Source of the DNA: Oopsacas minuta
Taxonomy: Eukaryota > Animalia > Porifera
DNA: 64,000 nt
Direction: 5' to 3'
Assembly (NCBI GenBank): GCA_024704765.1
Contig: JAKMXF010000303.1
Span: forward strand, 123,791 to 187,790
Made by a program: the position numbers and the translations under genes. The notes under the pieces were generated by a model, which saw only the letters and a program-made list of their open reading frames with translations, did no database searches and was not told where the DNA came from. Below are positions 39,201 through 52,886 of the stretch, piece by piece; within the stretch, counting starts at the first letter, position 1, and each line of letters begins with the position of its first letter.

Positions 39201-42200
39201 CATTATGGACACGATAGCTAATTTGAATTGCTTTCAGTAAGTGAAGCTCATCAACTACGACGCATACAAATTACATAATAATACAATAAATAATAAATTC
39301 AAGAATTTTGTAAGCTTTATGGTTGTCTTACCTGCTCATAGAGCGACTTCAACTCAGGAATTCTCCTCGGTGAAACTATAGATAATTTGATCTGTTGCTA
39401 AAATAATTACAAGATGATATATATTATTTACTTCTGTGAATAAAGCTAGTGCAATGCTAATCTAATAATGCAAATGTTCAGCTTTTATAGAAATTCTAAG
39501 AGTATGATATCCTCATCAATTCTGTGGAAAGAAGCTGAAATCTACGCACAAAGGTAATTCAACTATAACCACAGCATTTTGCTATGGTTAAAATAAATTA
39601 TAAGCCAATATGTTCACGACCATTATATGGCATATACTACAGAAATTCGTTGAAAATGGTTTGAAATATGAGGAATAATCAAGGTATTAAAACAATTTTC
39701 CCTCCTGGTTTTCGTAAACCGTGGCTAAAGGGCATTAACGAGAAAGATAAACATAATAGCATAGATAGCTAAATAATAGAATAAATACCTTCTTCATGTT
39801 GCTGATAATATCTGTTACAGAACTTCCATCGAACTCTGATCCTCTGTTATATGGGAGAGAATGGTGCGGTCTGTTACTGATTATAACGCAATACTTTTCA
39901 TGCTGACCAGGCCTGAAAAATATTAATATCTCTCAAGGAAAGAATAAAAGTGAACAATACGAATGTGATATAGGAAGCTAGCCTGTAGCCGGTAATATAA
40001 TAATTCGTATTATCATATTTTGGTATGCAACAGAATCTAAACAAATTCATTATAATTGAACAAATTTAAAGATCTAAGCCAGAGAATTGTCTTAGCTAAC
40101 AAACTTAACACTAATACAATACCAAATACAGTTAAATCGGGGGATTTTCCGTAAGACTACGTATAAATTGTTTATTCGAAATTCCCATATAAAATAATTG
40201 GATTTTTTGTCTTTTGACTTCGGGGTTTTTGTCTTATCTCAATTTCAACCGTAGAATCAAAACTTAATGAAATGTATACCTCATATCTTGAAGGCTTGCT
40301 AATTCTCTAAATATCTACACAGGGATAAAGAAGAGATATATGTTAGATTTGTTTGAGCTGCTACGGTTATTAACTATTACTGCTGATTACATTTTGCAAT
40401 TTTTGAATATCCAAAAGTGGACAAATTTCGAAATTGTGGCAATTGCATATACGTAGTTCTAATAATTAGTATTCCATTTCATTACGCTTGTAGTGTATAG
40501 GAAGTAATCGGTAACCTCAATGTTTACTATCAATTAACACAATTAGTTAACACTATAGAATTGGCTGCTACAAGCTAGGACGTAAACAGCAGAATCTAAT
40601 AATTATTCACAGCATTGCTGTAAATAATATTTCATCCTCTTTTGTCATAAATTGTAAAAAGATAATTGTAACTAATTATACGCCTAAACAAATGCTTACT
40701 AGCTCTGCATGAAAAAATTAATTACGTACTGAACAGATAAATGACTACATAATACTAATATTGTACGTATTTACATTTATAGCTCCCAATAGTCCATCTG
40801 CCAGAGAGAAGTATTCAGAACCTGCACCTTCAAACCTATACATTATACAATAAATAGTAAGAATAAACCTTAGGATAATATACAGGTTAACGTACACTAA
40901 ATTCCGTAAACATTCATAAAGGAGACCACTACTGCTAGTAACTCTAAGCCTCTTAACTAGTGGAACTGTAGGGGTTAATGTTGGCACTACGAGAACTATA
41001 CCAAATTGAGTGTAGGCTTCCTGCAATAAATGGAATTAACAATGATATGTGTGTGTAATAGTGTATATTGTATATCTATGTTTGTATGTCTCTGAACCAA
41101 TACAAAATCATCATTGAATTAAAAAAAGTAAAAAATTCGCGACTGTAGAGCAGCAATTCTTGAGGCACATAGTGCCAAGGGCATATGCACAACAACCGCT
41201 TCACAATTTCTGTGCATAATTGTCTAAATACGTAGTACTACAGGCCTACAGCTGTACACCCTAGTTTTCTGAACACCATCTGCATCAATAAGCTTCAAGA
41301 TTTATATTCTTATAGCTGAAATAAGGTATATACAGTAGAGTGGACCCCTCGCTAATCCTAACAGGTCAGTGCCAAAAATATAATATCTTTAGGATTAGTA
41401 AACAGAGACATTTCAATTGATCATAAAATAGCATTAAAATAAATAATTTGGTGGTTTTAGATGCAATTATATGAGATAATATCTACATTCATCAGTTAGA
41501 CTAGCGATAATTAAATTATTAATAATCCATTGCCCATGCTCCAAAAGACTAGCAAGAATCCTAAAATGATAGAATGGCTTATATTAAATGAAACCATAAT
41601 GCTTGAAACTCAATTCAAAATACGCAACCAGTACACTGCTCTAGTCACTAAAAATTACAGCTGTACTCACACAGTATATAATAATTCAGTACAGGTTCTA
41701 GATATGGCTACAAACGAGCTAGAACAAGCTACGCCTGTATTAGGGGACAGTACAGATTATCCTATTAAAGTACAATACTGTGGTGTATGCAAAATGCCTA
41801 CAGAGTTCTGTGAATACAGTGGTGTTTATGGTATGTGTCAGAAATGGCTGAAAGAGAATCTCCCCTTAGAGTACGAAGGCCTGATTGCGAGACTTGGAGA
41901 AGATAAACTAGAAGAGATGTCTATTTCTGATGAAAAGAAGAAACAAACAAGAGGGGGAAAAGCCATCAAAAAGACAAAGAAACAAGATGCAGAGAGAATT
42001 ATTTATATTTCTTACTCGAATCGAGCTAAAGGAAAGTTTGTTACAGTTGTGGAGGGACTGAAAACATGGGACATTGACTTGAAGAAAGCTACAAAGCAAT
42101 TCTCTCAACACTACTCACGAGGAGCTTCAATTACTGGAGAAGATCAAATTCTTATACAAGGATCCATGGATGATTTGGAAGAATTCATACTAGAATCTTG

Positions 42201-45200
42201 GCCAGAAATTGAGGGCAGTGCTATTCAAACTAAAGCTACTAAATAAGCATAGTTGATTATATCAGCTATTAGACTTGCATTAGATTATGGAATATAGTTA
42301 GTGTGAATAATTCATGCGCTAGATGTATTTGTATTAGAATCACTAATCACTGTTGAGTCAGGAAATAACTCCCTGCATGCTGAAATGTCGCATCAGGTTC
42401 ATGAAATAAGATGGACAAAGGATATTTCCGAACCACTGTATATTTAAAATTTGACATGACATTAACTTTACTGATCAAAATAGATTCACTCCTAATGCCT
42501 GGACGGAAGGTTACACTCTTTTCTGTCTTGTAGTCTAGTCCAGTAAATTAGCAATGATCAGATAAGTGTATACAAAACATGCACTATAGAGGAATTATTA
42601 AAAAGAATGCAGAAGTAAAGGTATGAACACAGTTAGTAGTGAGCTCACCTTTGATTCATAAAAATCCTTTGGGTTGCCAATAAATCCAGTGAAGTATCTA
42701 GAATAAATAATTTTCTATTGAAATATAGTTTACCAAAATTGAAAAAATTACGTGCAGAAAAGCAATACAGAGGGTGTAGGGTAGTTAGAATATGGAGGGG
42801 TCTGTGGTGAAGACCATGAAGTAATCAACCCCATAGCCTGACTAGCCTGACATTTGCGCCACCCTTCTATAGCTATAGCACAATGTACTACTAAGTTCGT
42901 AAATATATAGTTGAGTAACGCTACCAGGGTTGGTATTGGGTTGGCTTTTCAGAAAAAGCCCCGACTCGAAAACAGAAACGGATTTCAAATCTGAACGTTG
43001 CAAGACACTATCAATCGAATGAATCTATACAATTAGCATGACATTGTGTGGTAATGAGAGAGATGAAAAGGAACATGAATCAGTATAAACGTGAATCAGG
43101 AGAAGAAATAGAAATACAAAGCCATCTGATTACATGGTAATGCCACGGATTCGTGTAATTACTCAGCTTTGAGTTACATATAAAAATACATCCAATCCTT
43201 ACTCAACATTGATTAGTGAGTTATTGGCCGCTACGCGACAGAATATACTCAGGACGTCCCGCCAAAAACGGGACAGTTGGCAAGTATGTATAATCAATTA
43301 AATAAGTAAACAAATTATTGGTAACTAAGGTTCACAATTCATATACCGTAAACTGGGGCTACTTTGGCCCACTGGGTTTGCTTTAGCCCAAATATCAAAG
43401 TTACAAAGAATCTAGATTAGATTCAGTATTATACTTGAAAATGACTAGCCAAATTTTTAACGAATTTTCAAATATCGGTAGACAATTTCGAATACAAATA
43501 CAATATCTATTCGATACGTAAGCAAATTTCAATATTTGTGCTAAAGCAAACCCAGTGGGCCAAAGTAGCCTCAGTTTAGGGTATGTAGAAAACGTAATCC
43601 TAGATGTACAGTGGCTAGTGGCGTAGCTAACTAAAGCTAATTGAGTGATAGCTAGATTCATGGAAATGTATTGGGTTGATTCCGATTAAATAAGCAATGA
43701 TGATTAATATAAAAGTCTAATATACGTAAGCAAAATGCATTAAGAAATAATTGCATAACAAAGTTATGCAACTTTCTGGAAATAAGTAAATCATATTACA
43801 ATTAATAATACAGTCTTAGAGCAATACAAGAACAAAACTTGGAGTTTCTGTATAAAATAAAAAGATTTCGACCGTACATAATATAGAAGTTAATCTATGT
43901 TACGATCTGATGCAGGACCTTAAAATACAGAATAATTTAGGACAAGTCAAGAACATTCGATATTTGTTCGAGTTGGCACAAAAAAAGAAAAAGAATTCAA
44001 TTTGGGACAAATCACACGAAAACGGATTAGACTTTAGACATAACATATGGAGAGTTGGATTGCTAATATATAGTCGATTTCTTCTATAATAATATTATAA
44101 GTTCATAAATAGTGGGTGATAATGTTTATTGACTACATAGCAATACAGTGACAAGCGAATCTATATTTAGTGTGTATTTTCTATTAAGGGGGAATTAGTT
44201 TGAAAATCGTTCTATGAATTAGTCAAATAGCCAACACGCTGCAATATAATCGGATTCGACTTGTAATATCACAAATGCTAAAATGACTTTCATTTAATCA
44301 ATTAATTTTAGTTATAGCTTAAATAATTTAGTGTTAAATATATTGTGGACAGATCAGATCGTGCTTTTAGACTATCCGCATCAGTATGCTATTTTATACT
44401 TAAGAAATATTAATCATATTCTTCTTAGCTTAGGAAAACGATTATTAACTCAAAAACATGGAATAGGACTCCAAGATACTACTCTGTGTGTGTCTCATAA
44501 AGAGCTAAAGAGAGATCTGTTTACAGACAATTTCCCGACAATCGTTGGACAAATTCCGACTAGGTTGCAAGAGAAATTCAGGACACTTCTCTTGACTATT
44601 TTGTAAACAGAAGACTAGAGATCTCATCTTTGCTCAACATTTCAATAGGTTACCCCGAACCGAATATTATCAGTATTCGGTTAGGCTACTATCCATGAAT
44701 ACTAGGGCATTAGGATCGCTCGATCACGATCGCGATACTTTTTTGACGATCTGGCGACGATCTGCGATCATTGTTTTATTAAGGATCGGATGTAAGATCG
44801 CGATCCTTTTTGTACCATAATTTTCGATCATTTTTGTATACTTTGAATACTTTGACTTAGGTAATTGTTCCAAATTTGTGTTCAACAATCAGTAATATTC
44901 GTTCGTAGAATGCGTTGATTCTCCACCTATGTTTCTTTTGGCATAAGAAATTATGTGACTATCAAAAATATATGTCTTGAATATTACACAAACGATCGGA
45001 AAAATGATCGACATCGGGATCACGATCGTTTTTGAAATAAGGATCTTGATCGGGATCGCCGATCATAATTTCAGAAAAGATCGGGGTCGGGATCGCGATC
45101 TTGTTTAACACGATCGACTAATGCCTTAATTAATACTGATATTCGGTATTTTGCGGTTTCCACCTTGCTTAAAAGTAATTGAATTTACTCCACTTATAAA

Positions 45201-45970
45201 GAAATGAAACTATGTGTCCCGAGCACTTCCCTATAATAAGATTTACTGTATGCAATTATATTTGTACAATATGCACTCAAGTATATCTGGAATTGCTATA
45301 TTAGTGTAGATATGGTAATTGAAAAATTGAATGAGATAGTGACGCATAAATATAGATATGATATATTTCAAAGCTCCATCGTGCTAAGTAAGAACAGCGG
45401 TCAGGCCATAGGCTGAGCGGCCTGACCGTTTGCATCGCCCCTGTCATGTAAATATAGCATTCGAATGTACGATTGTACATTTATATAAAAATATGCAGGA
45501 TTTATTTCATGGAACGGAACGGACAAGTTTTACTTGATCGTGAAGATTCTAAGGACCACCTTTCGGCTGGATAATTAGCTCGGTATATCACTACCTCCCC
45601 CAGCTAAGAAAATGAAATCAAAAATTAAGAGGGGGATATTGGTTGAAATTTGTATAAATGGTTACAAATTGATTATCATGAACATGAAAAGTTATAACAA
45701 ATCCTTGACAAGCGTTATTCTACAATACTTTGTGATTTTCAAGCATTGAGAAACTAAATTTTCCTCAACTAAAACTTGTCCGTTCCATTACGTAAATAGC
45801 GAAGGCGGAATAGGCATTACAAACCTTATTATCTTGACAATATATTCGTCCAATAACAATGTGAACCAGGGACTGAGGCTAGAAGATGTGTCTATCACAA
45901 ACACTACGTCATTATAGACTGATGTCTGCGAGTCATTTATCGGAGATTGAATTAGAGAGAATACTGACAT
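33285..45970 (-). CDS. MED25: Mediator subunit 25, ~977 aa, 17 exons
   Basis: Exons: 45970-45825, 42697-42649, 41020-40896, 40835-40775, 40314-40280, 39912-39789, 39397-39332, 38099-38018, 37793-37290, 37202-36909, 35969-35671, 35605-35525, 35488-35384, 35297-35169, 34667-34131, 33847-33769, 33502-33285, all phase-compatible. The VWA domain (DVVFVID, FEGAGSEYFSLADGL, KYCVIISN, LSIVSPRRIP, HLVMLQG) matches MED25. There is a divergent ACID/PTOV1-like segment, a Q-rich linker, an LxxLL box (VLSLLL) and an M/G/Q-rich tail. Confidence 0.85.
38547..39013. mobile_element. Pogo/Tigger-like MITE in MED25 intron 7
   Basis: TA|CAGTGCAACCTCTATTAGTG ... CACTTATAGAGGTTCTGCTG|TA. Confidence 0.75.
41704..42246 (+). 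CDS. DENR: Density-regulated protein (translation re-initiation factor, SUI1 domain), 180 aa, intronless, nested antisense in MED25 intron 2
   Basis: YPIKVQYCGVCKMPTEFCEY zinc-binding motif, QTRGGK, and a SUI1-like domain (KFVTVVEGLKTWDIDLKKATKQFSQHYSRGASITGEDQILIQG). The true ATG is taken at 41704, not the TTG-started ORF at 41530. Confidence 0.95.
   Translation: MATNELEQATPVLGDSTDYPIKVQYCGVCKMPTEFCEYSGVYGMCQKWLKENLPLEYEGLIARLGEDKLEEMSISDEKKKQTRGGKAIKKTKKQDAERIIYISYSNRAKGKFVTVVEGLKTWDIDLKKATKQFSQHYSRGASITGEDQILIQGSMDDLEEFILESWPEIEGSAIQTKATK
43346..43581. mobile_element. Tc1/mariner-pogo MITE (CCGTAAACTGGGG TIR, TA TSD)
   Basis: About 50-bp inverted ends: TA|CCGTAAACTGGGGCTACTTTGGCCCACTGGG ... 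CCCAGTGGGCCAAAGTAGCCTCAGTTTAGGG|TA. Confidence 0.8.
44703..45128. mobile_element. hAT-type MITE with GATC(G)-rich subterminal arrays
   Basis: TAGGGCATTAG / CTAATGCCTTA ends and an 8-bp TSD ATGAATAC / ATTAATAC (7 of 8 match). Confidence 0.85.
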
Positions 45971-48132
45971 TTCTTCCAATGTATTTAGATTTAGACAGAA
46001 TATAGAATATAGGCAGTACAGCTAAACAGGATTATATCTAAGATATATGCAGCAAACAGGCTTTTATACTCTCTTCTCACTCTCCCCTATATTGCTGTGT
46101 AGTATTAGAACCAGCACCACATCATAGCTAAAATAAGATGATTACGCACATAAATTGATACACAATCATTACAAGTCATTTATATAGTTAATACATACAA
46201 TTCAATTAATTGAAGAGGTTAGAATATCTTCATCGCTATGCAAACGCTAGCAAGTAATAATTATTGAAAAGAGTGCAAAACCATGGAAAGCAGGGCCGGG
46301 ATTATACAGATTTATCGATTTTTTGCAGAATTTCATCCTCACAGACTTTACTAAATCTTGTCATAATACACTTAGAGGAGTATACTGCACTACTGGATAG
46401 GGAGTGCTGATCCTAGGATGAGCTTATACTTTCCAAGTCCAAACTTGGGTGAAGAAAAAAGCGGGACAAATATGGTTTTTGGCAAGTTTCAGCGGGGCAA
46501 TAGCCTCAACACATGTCCAATTTAGGGCGTGACGTCTCGCCAATTATACATGATGCAATATATATGTTTATTTTAAAATAAACTCAATTGCTTAAGTATG
46601 GAGTTTGAAAAAATTGGCCAGGGCAAAATGGGTCCGTTCGAATTCGGACCAGTTTGGCAGACAAAAAGATCCTATCTAGGCAAAATGTGTCCAGCCGTGA
46701 ACTACTTAATTCACTATCTAGCATAGATATTTAGAAATAGAGCTAACCCATCAAATAACTTTCTCAACAGCTACAAAAATGTGCAAAGAGATACTGGCAC
46801 AACATGTAGGAGGCAGCTAAATCTAGATAGGCACAAAATGTATTACCCAAACCAAAGCTGGCAATACTTGTCCAGGACCAAATTTGACTGACTAAGACTG
46901 GCCCAGGGGAGACAAATAGACTTTGGAGAATCCAAATCCATCCGAAATTCATGGATTACAAATCTGTGAAATCCACAATCCATAATCCACCCAGCCCTCT
47001 GGTTATGACATTTCACATCGATCAGTGTTTCATCTAGCCATTTTGGCAAGGGGGGGCATCTAGGGTCCAAGGGTGGGGAAAGCTAGTGCGACATTTGTGT
47101 ACAGATGCATTTTACACCAATGTCATACTGACTGTACACAAACTTCGGACTAGCTTTGTACACACACGTCTCCCTCCTGTTTATACAGCCCTGCCGTAGT
47201 AACTAGCAGTGAGTTTTCGTTGTTGTATCATAGTATTACTGTTTCCTTCAACGTGGATAATGATCGAATATTAAGTCAACAATTCATGTCCACATTCCAC
47301 AACCTAATGAGTTATAGGTATAATCTAATCGCTAATATATTCAAAATTACCGACTTTCCATCAATTTACAGTGTCAAATTATAAATATCTAAATCTGATA
47401 GATCCCGTGCATTTTAGGCTAGGGTATTGGAGGTCAAATCTTTAAATACAAAATATTTCTAAATTCACACAAGAAAATCAACCTTGAAATTTCATAATTG
47501 AATCCCACTATGTACTACAAAAAATGTGTTATATTACCGCATTCACACGGATTATATTTTCTAAACGTAATTTATGTTTTAGATTAGACTTGCACATACA
47601 AATTACATCAATAGATATTATCCTACAACAACTGGTAAAGATAAACCCTCAAATATGATATCATTTGTGCAGACATATGTCAATATTCTTAGAGATCCGT
47701 GAATATTTTCGCTAAACACGTATATGTTATATTGTACTACACAATTGCCATAATTAAATCAAATAGCTCTTACCAGTTCTCCAATATTTAACATTCAATA
47801 TATCGCAATACAATATAATGGCAGGATAGTTTATTACCATTTCTCAGAGATTTTAAGATTTCGCTTAGTGCTAAAACATGCCTTCCCCTTTCGTATTCTT
47901 CAAATTAGCCCTGTATAAGTGCATATTGATTGTAACACATACAATTCCCTTTAACCTATCCTCATCTAGTTAACTAAATTTGAATAATATTAAGTTGAAA
48001 AAGTTCAATAAATTTCAATTCTCTCACAAAATACGGTATATAAATAAGTTCATATGAAAATATTAAATTATTCCCTGTAACGACTGTCTCCTAAATTATT
48101 TGAGAGTGGCACAACTTATTTTAGGGATTATA

Positions 48133-48322
48133 CAGTAAAACCTCCAAAAGTGAACACCTCTAAGAAGAGAACACCTCCAAAAGTGAACACCTCAAAGGAT
48201 GAACACCTTGTCTCAGTCCGAATTTTTCCATTGCTACACACAAGGTCATGAAAAGTGAACACCCTCCGTATGTGAACATTTTGGCTGGTTCTCAGGGTGT
48301 TAACTTACTGAAGGTTTTACTG
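48133..48322. mobile_element. Pogo/Tigger-like MITE
   Basis: CAGTAAAACCTCCAAAAGTGAACACC ... GAAGGTTTTACTG, with internal GTGAACACC repeats. Confidence 0.7.
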
Positions 48323-49869
48323 AATAATATTTAAATAACTCGATTGTGAACAATGGAATTGGCATTTCAAGTAATTGGGGGTAGTTAGACCAATTTAGAT
48401 ACAATGATCAAATTTCAGGTTATCTGGGACTAATTTGTGCAAAATTGAGTTCATTTACAAATCTAATTATATCCAATTCCAGTTAAAGGAACTTCATTAA
48501 ACCATAATCCGTACAGTATGGGGCTCAAGGACAGAATATGTGTGACTGCCGCTAGGGTAGACACTAGATAGGATGTCTGTGTAATCTAAAGCCGTACTAA
48601 TCCTTCTTAGCAAACTATTCATAACTCTATATTCTTTCCAAAAGAATTGGGACATATTATTCCAAATTTAGACTTAATAGCTGTATCTTTATAATAAGAA
48701 ACTAGAATGATCTAATTCAAACAAAGTGTGATAATTATCCACAGGAATCTGATTAATATGGTAATGTTCTGTACAAATTATCAAAATTCCTCTCATCTAG
48801 CGTATTTGGCCATAGATTACAGGGATTGGAATTTGAACTAACTTGTAATTGAAATTTTGGAAATGTACTAACTAAAAATGGGATTTTGTTCTAATTTTCA
48901 AAATGTTTAGGGGACGCGGATTAGTGGTTAAACCAGCTAAAATTGTTAGATTTGCGTGTTTATATTCACTATTAGGTAGGTTGTGATTAATTTTCTTGGG
49001 ATAGTGTATATCTTTACCCGGACTGTTGTACAAACTTCTTAGGCCATCTCATGGTTGTTGGCGAGTGTATTTTCAAGGAAAAGTATAGTAAATTTTGGAC
49101 AAATTCCAGCGCCTAATCCGATATCTCAATTTATGATACAATCCGAAGTTAGGACAAAATCAAAAATTGAATGTTAGAACAAATTCCGATTTAAGTTGGG
49201 ACATATTCTAAAATTTCAATTACGAGTTAGGAGTTTGGAACAATTCTAGTTATCCGTATATTCTATAATATCAATATTAAACGCTATTATCGCCTGTTAA
49301 TCTATTTGAAGCTATGATAAGTGAGAAATGTTTACATAATAAGAGGATCATCAAACTCTCAGGACTACCAATCAATGGGGCACCCAACACCTGATTAGAA
49401 TAATTATAGTAATGTTTTCTAACCTGGATGACTGGATCAAAAGTTGGTATACACAGTACAAGAGTAATGAAAATTCAAGGAATTAGTTTTGTAAGTATAG
49501 TGAGTAAGACCCAAGAATTCCTAAGCCTGAGGCGACGGCAGATTTATTCCTATCCGTATAATAGATAAAACTATAAAATACTTCTACGGAAGGGTATGTA
49601 CTTGTAAATTGAAATACGCAAACACTTGTATATACGATGTCTATGCTTGTTATTATGCGGGATTACGCTAAGAAATATTTGAGATTGGAGGCGGTTTTTA
49701 GATTTACCAAATCCAGCCTTGCTCCTAAATAAATATATCATACATCGGACATCGGTCATATCAAATGATTAATAAAATAATTATTACTACATGGAAGGAA
49801 GAGGAACCCTTGATGTGTGATTCAACTTAATATATGGATATATCATATTCGATTTAACAACTGTATTTC

Positions 49870-50304
49870 TGTCACGAAAAATTTGGTCTTCCTAGAAAAT
49901 TGGTCTAGGGGGATCAATGTTTTCATGGTAATTTGGTCCCACTTTGGAATTTTGGTTCCCCCTGTATTTATGTTTATCTAATTAGTAAATAAATACTCAA
50001 CATCAAATTGACTAGAAAATTAGGTTTTGGAGAGTCAATATCTGATACTAGAGGGCATCAATACCTAAAAAGCTTGATAATCAACTGAATTGAGAACAAA
50101 TCCATTTCAAAAACCATTGCAGCTCTAAAACACCTAATCCAACAATCAGGAGGTAGGCTACATCCGGAAACATCTCCTGGAAGCTTGGACACTAATCCGA
50201 GAAAAATCCCTGTGCTACAATCCAAATGGTGACCAAAATACACCAAAATTCCATGAAAAATGGTTCGTAGGACCAAATTTTTGGGGACCAATTTTCCAGT
50301 GACA
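49870..50304. mobile_element. Non-autonomous Ginger-like element, family 2
   Basis: TGTCACGAAAAATTTGGTC / GACCAATTTTCCAGTGACA ends with a 4-bp TSD TTTC (49866-49869, 50305-50308). Confidence 0.8.
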
Positions 50305-50637
50305 TTTCAACTGTTCAACTAATAAATGTGATTTGATACTTCCGGTTAAACTTGCCTATTTACTATTAATAGATTGATGTAAATCGGTAGACAAAAATGT
50401 ATCAGTGTTTGCTTATGTAAATATGTTTATAATATTGTGACATCAATTCGTAATTGATTTATGGTTACTATCATTCGTAAAGTTAATAATAGTAATTAGA
50501 TGATTTTGCTAATTACTGATCACTTTAGAGAAGATTATAGGATGTAAAGCAAGAAATTAATACAATAATCTTCCCCTGATGAAGTGTTATAAGAATTTAT
50601 ATTCCATAAATGAAACTAATATAATCAAATACATAAA

Positions 50638-51582
50638 CTAATCATTTTCACTATTACTATCATCACCATCTACTTCCCGGTTAGCCAGCTCCCGATGTTT
50701 CATTTCATTCTCCAGCTCCATGTCATCTAGTTCTGTAGCAATCTTAGGCTCTACCAATATATTGTATGACCCGTGTTTCTCCTCTATAGACTGCTTGATA
50801 ACAGCTAATGCCCCTAGTAGCTTCGCTACTCCCTCGTTCTGGTCTAGAGTAGTAGTGGTCATGATATACTCGGGAGGAGCTATTAGATTGATCTGTAGCG
50901 GAGGATCACCGGTTGAGTACATAAGACCAGCTCTTAACGCATGCTTAATAGCTTCTATACCTTCATAACTGTAACAATTAAGCTCAAATGTGGCTCTTAG
51001 CTTAACAGGCTGATGAGCCAATCTACGTCTTATACTATTAAGCAGAGCATCACGAGTATTCTCATCCAAGTTAAGAGGATTCAATATAGAAGGTTCAATA
51101 GCAGCCTTTTTGAATATATCATAACAAGCTCCCTTCTTATCCTTACTGACGTCAATAGCCCACGCTGTATTCTGGTATAACTCCTCAAACTCTTCATTCG
51201 ATTGGAATTTTAGTGTATCAGCGACATGACGTAGTATCTGATTAATCGTCTTAGACTTGATGAATCTCTCCTGGAACTTTTCTGCCTCCTCAGTTGATAC
51301 TCTCTTTTTAGAGAGGTCGATATACCCCTTAACCTCATCTACTCGTATTACAGCTACACACTCGTTACGTCCTACCCGCAAATGTTTGTTAAGAGAGCGG
51401 ATACGTCTTCTTGACACCTCGCTCATGAGGATCATCCCCTCTATGTCATTATACTCCAGTAGGGTACAATATGCCCCCATATCCTGGATACGATTCACAT
51501 TAACCATAACTATCTCATCCAGCTGAGGAAACCTTGACTGATAGTAGCGACAGTTGAGCTTCACTGAAAACGAGGCTGCCAT
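50638..51582 (-). CDS. EIF2S1: Eukaryotic translation initiation factor 2 alpha, 314 aa, intronless
   Basis: S1 domain with EGMILMSEVSRRRIRS (Ser51 site), KGYIDLSK motif, and C-terminal INLIAPPEY. Confidence 0.98.
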   Translation of the reverse strand: MAASFSVKLNCRYYQSRFPQLDEIVMVNVNRIQDMGAYCTLLEYNDIEGMILMSEVSRRRIRSLNKHLRVGRNECVAVIRVDEVKGYIDLSKKRVSTEEAEKFQERFIKSKTINQILRHVADTLKFQSNEEFEELYQNTAWAIDVSKDKKGACYDIFKKAAIEPSILNPLNLDENTRDALLNSIRRRLAHQPVKLRATFELNCYSYEGIEAIKHALRAGLMYSTGDPPLQINLIAPPEYIMTTTTLDQNEGVAKLLGALAVIKQSIEEKHGSYNILVEPKIATELDDMELENEMKHRELANREVDGDDSNSEND

Positions 51583-52375
51583 TCTTAGTAATCAGCTTGT
51601 TATGAGCAAAAACACAGAATTACAAAGCAAATTCAATAATCAACACAGTGGAACCTGCATAAGCCGACACCTGTATAATCCTGAAGACATCTGTAAGCCA
51701 ACAGTGTTTCTTATCTGAAAAAGCTCTCGACAATACAACTTCACCTGCATAATCCTACAATTTACTAAACAGACAAAATCTTCATATCCCAACAGGCGTC
51801 GGTTATGTAGGTTCCACTTACCGATAATTTGTAATTACACACTATATCAAATAGATTTGAATAAGTGGAAACTATTGTTATAATATTGATACTGATGTCA
51901 GGTCGCGGATAAAATAAAATGACATTTATGTTTCTTTATCAGATGTCTTGTAAAGTGTAAACAGATGCTAATTACTAACAAATTGCTAAAGACTTTCTAC
52001 ACGATACAATAACTATTTAGTAACGTGAACAACCCTTCTAACTAGCTTGTAATGTAATGTCTAGTTAGTCTAATTAACTATCTTTTAGAGAGTGGGGAAT
52101 GAACAGGTCATACCCAGGGGCCAGGGATATGCATTCCAATATCCCAATCGTAGGTATACTACTATTCTACCGAGATAATAATTAAGTTTGAATTTCTGAT
52201 CAAGACTTTGCCAATAACCAACCATTTGACTGAAAATTCGTATTCATGTGGCCAAGTGGATAGAAAAGGAAGTTTTGGCGAATACATAAAAAAGTTAAAG
52301 ACTACTCATACAGTGTAAAACAACCATGGTCTTTCCTAAATTAACCGAATACGACCGGGAAAATGTGTGATTTTA

Positions 52376-52383
52376 TGACGTCA
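52376..52383. promoter_or_regulatory. CRE-like palindrome TGACGTCA upstream of eIF2-alpha
   Basis: Exact octamer about 800 nt 5' of the eIF2-alpha ATG. Function untested. Confidence 0.25.
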
Positions 52384-52886
52384 AAAAGTTGCCAAATCTC
52401 GTTTGTGCTGCGGGAATTGGTTAAAATGAAGTGGTAAAACTTTAGTGTTCCTTTTCATTACTAACGTAACACTCGGTAAAGGGATAAGCTTTCGATTCTT
52501 AATAATGTAGTATACCAAAATAAGAAGTATTTCTCAAGAAAAATTTGTCAATTTTGAACACAAATTCGTATTCTAGTACCATCTACATATTCATGAAGAA
52601 CGAATTTCCAGTTTTCTACATATATGTACTGCGATGTTACATCTGTTGTAAAAGTCGATATCAGGAATTATTCACATACTTAGAGGTATAGACTAATCCG
52701 AACTAAAGAAAATACAATTACAGTCATGCTCATTATGTAACAGGCAGTAGTCCCTCAATCAATAATTAGCTATTACTCAATCTTAAGATCTTATAGAATA
52801 AAAATACAGATTATATAGAGTTTGGTATCCACATATTCAATGTCCATTAAAAAGTGTAGATTCACTGGATCAGGTTTTGGGGGTGA

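Noticed and set aside
41530-41703. N-terminal extension of the DENR ORF
   Set aside because: It starts at TTG and has no DENR-like residues. The ATG at 41704 follows a TAG acceptor and gives a normal-length DENR.
45398-45428. Perfect 10-bp GC-rich stem-loop in MED25 intron 1
   Set aside because: It is followed by TGCATCGCCCCTG, a hAT-like terminus, so it is most simply a MITE remnant rather than a structured RNA.
46600-47080. ORFs 46764-46952 and 46843-47070, and a GGTCCGTTCGAATTCGGACC hairpin resembling a tRNA T-arm
   Set aside because: No cloverleaf or A-box was found. The region looks like an unclassified repeat with TGGATT and GGCAAAATG motifs.
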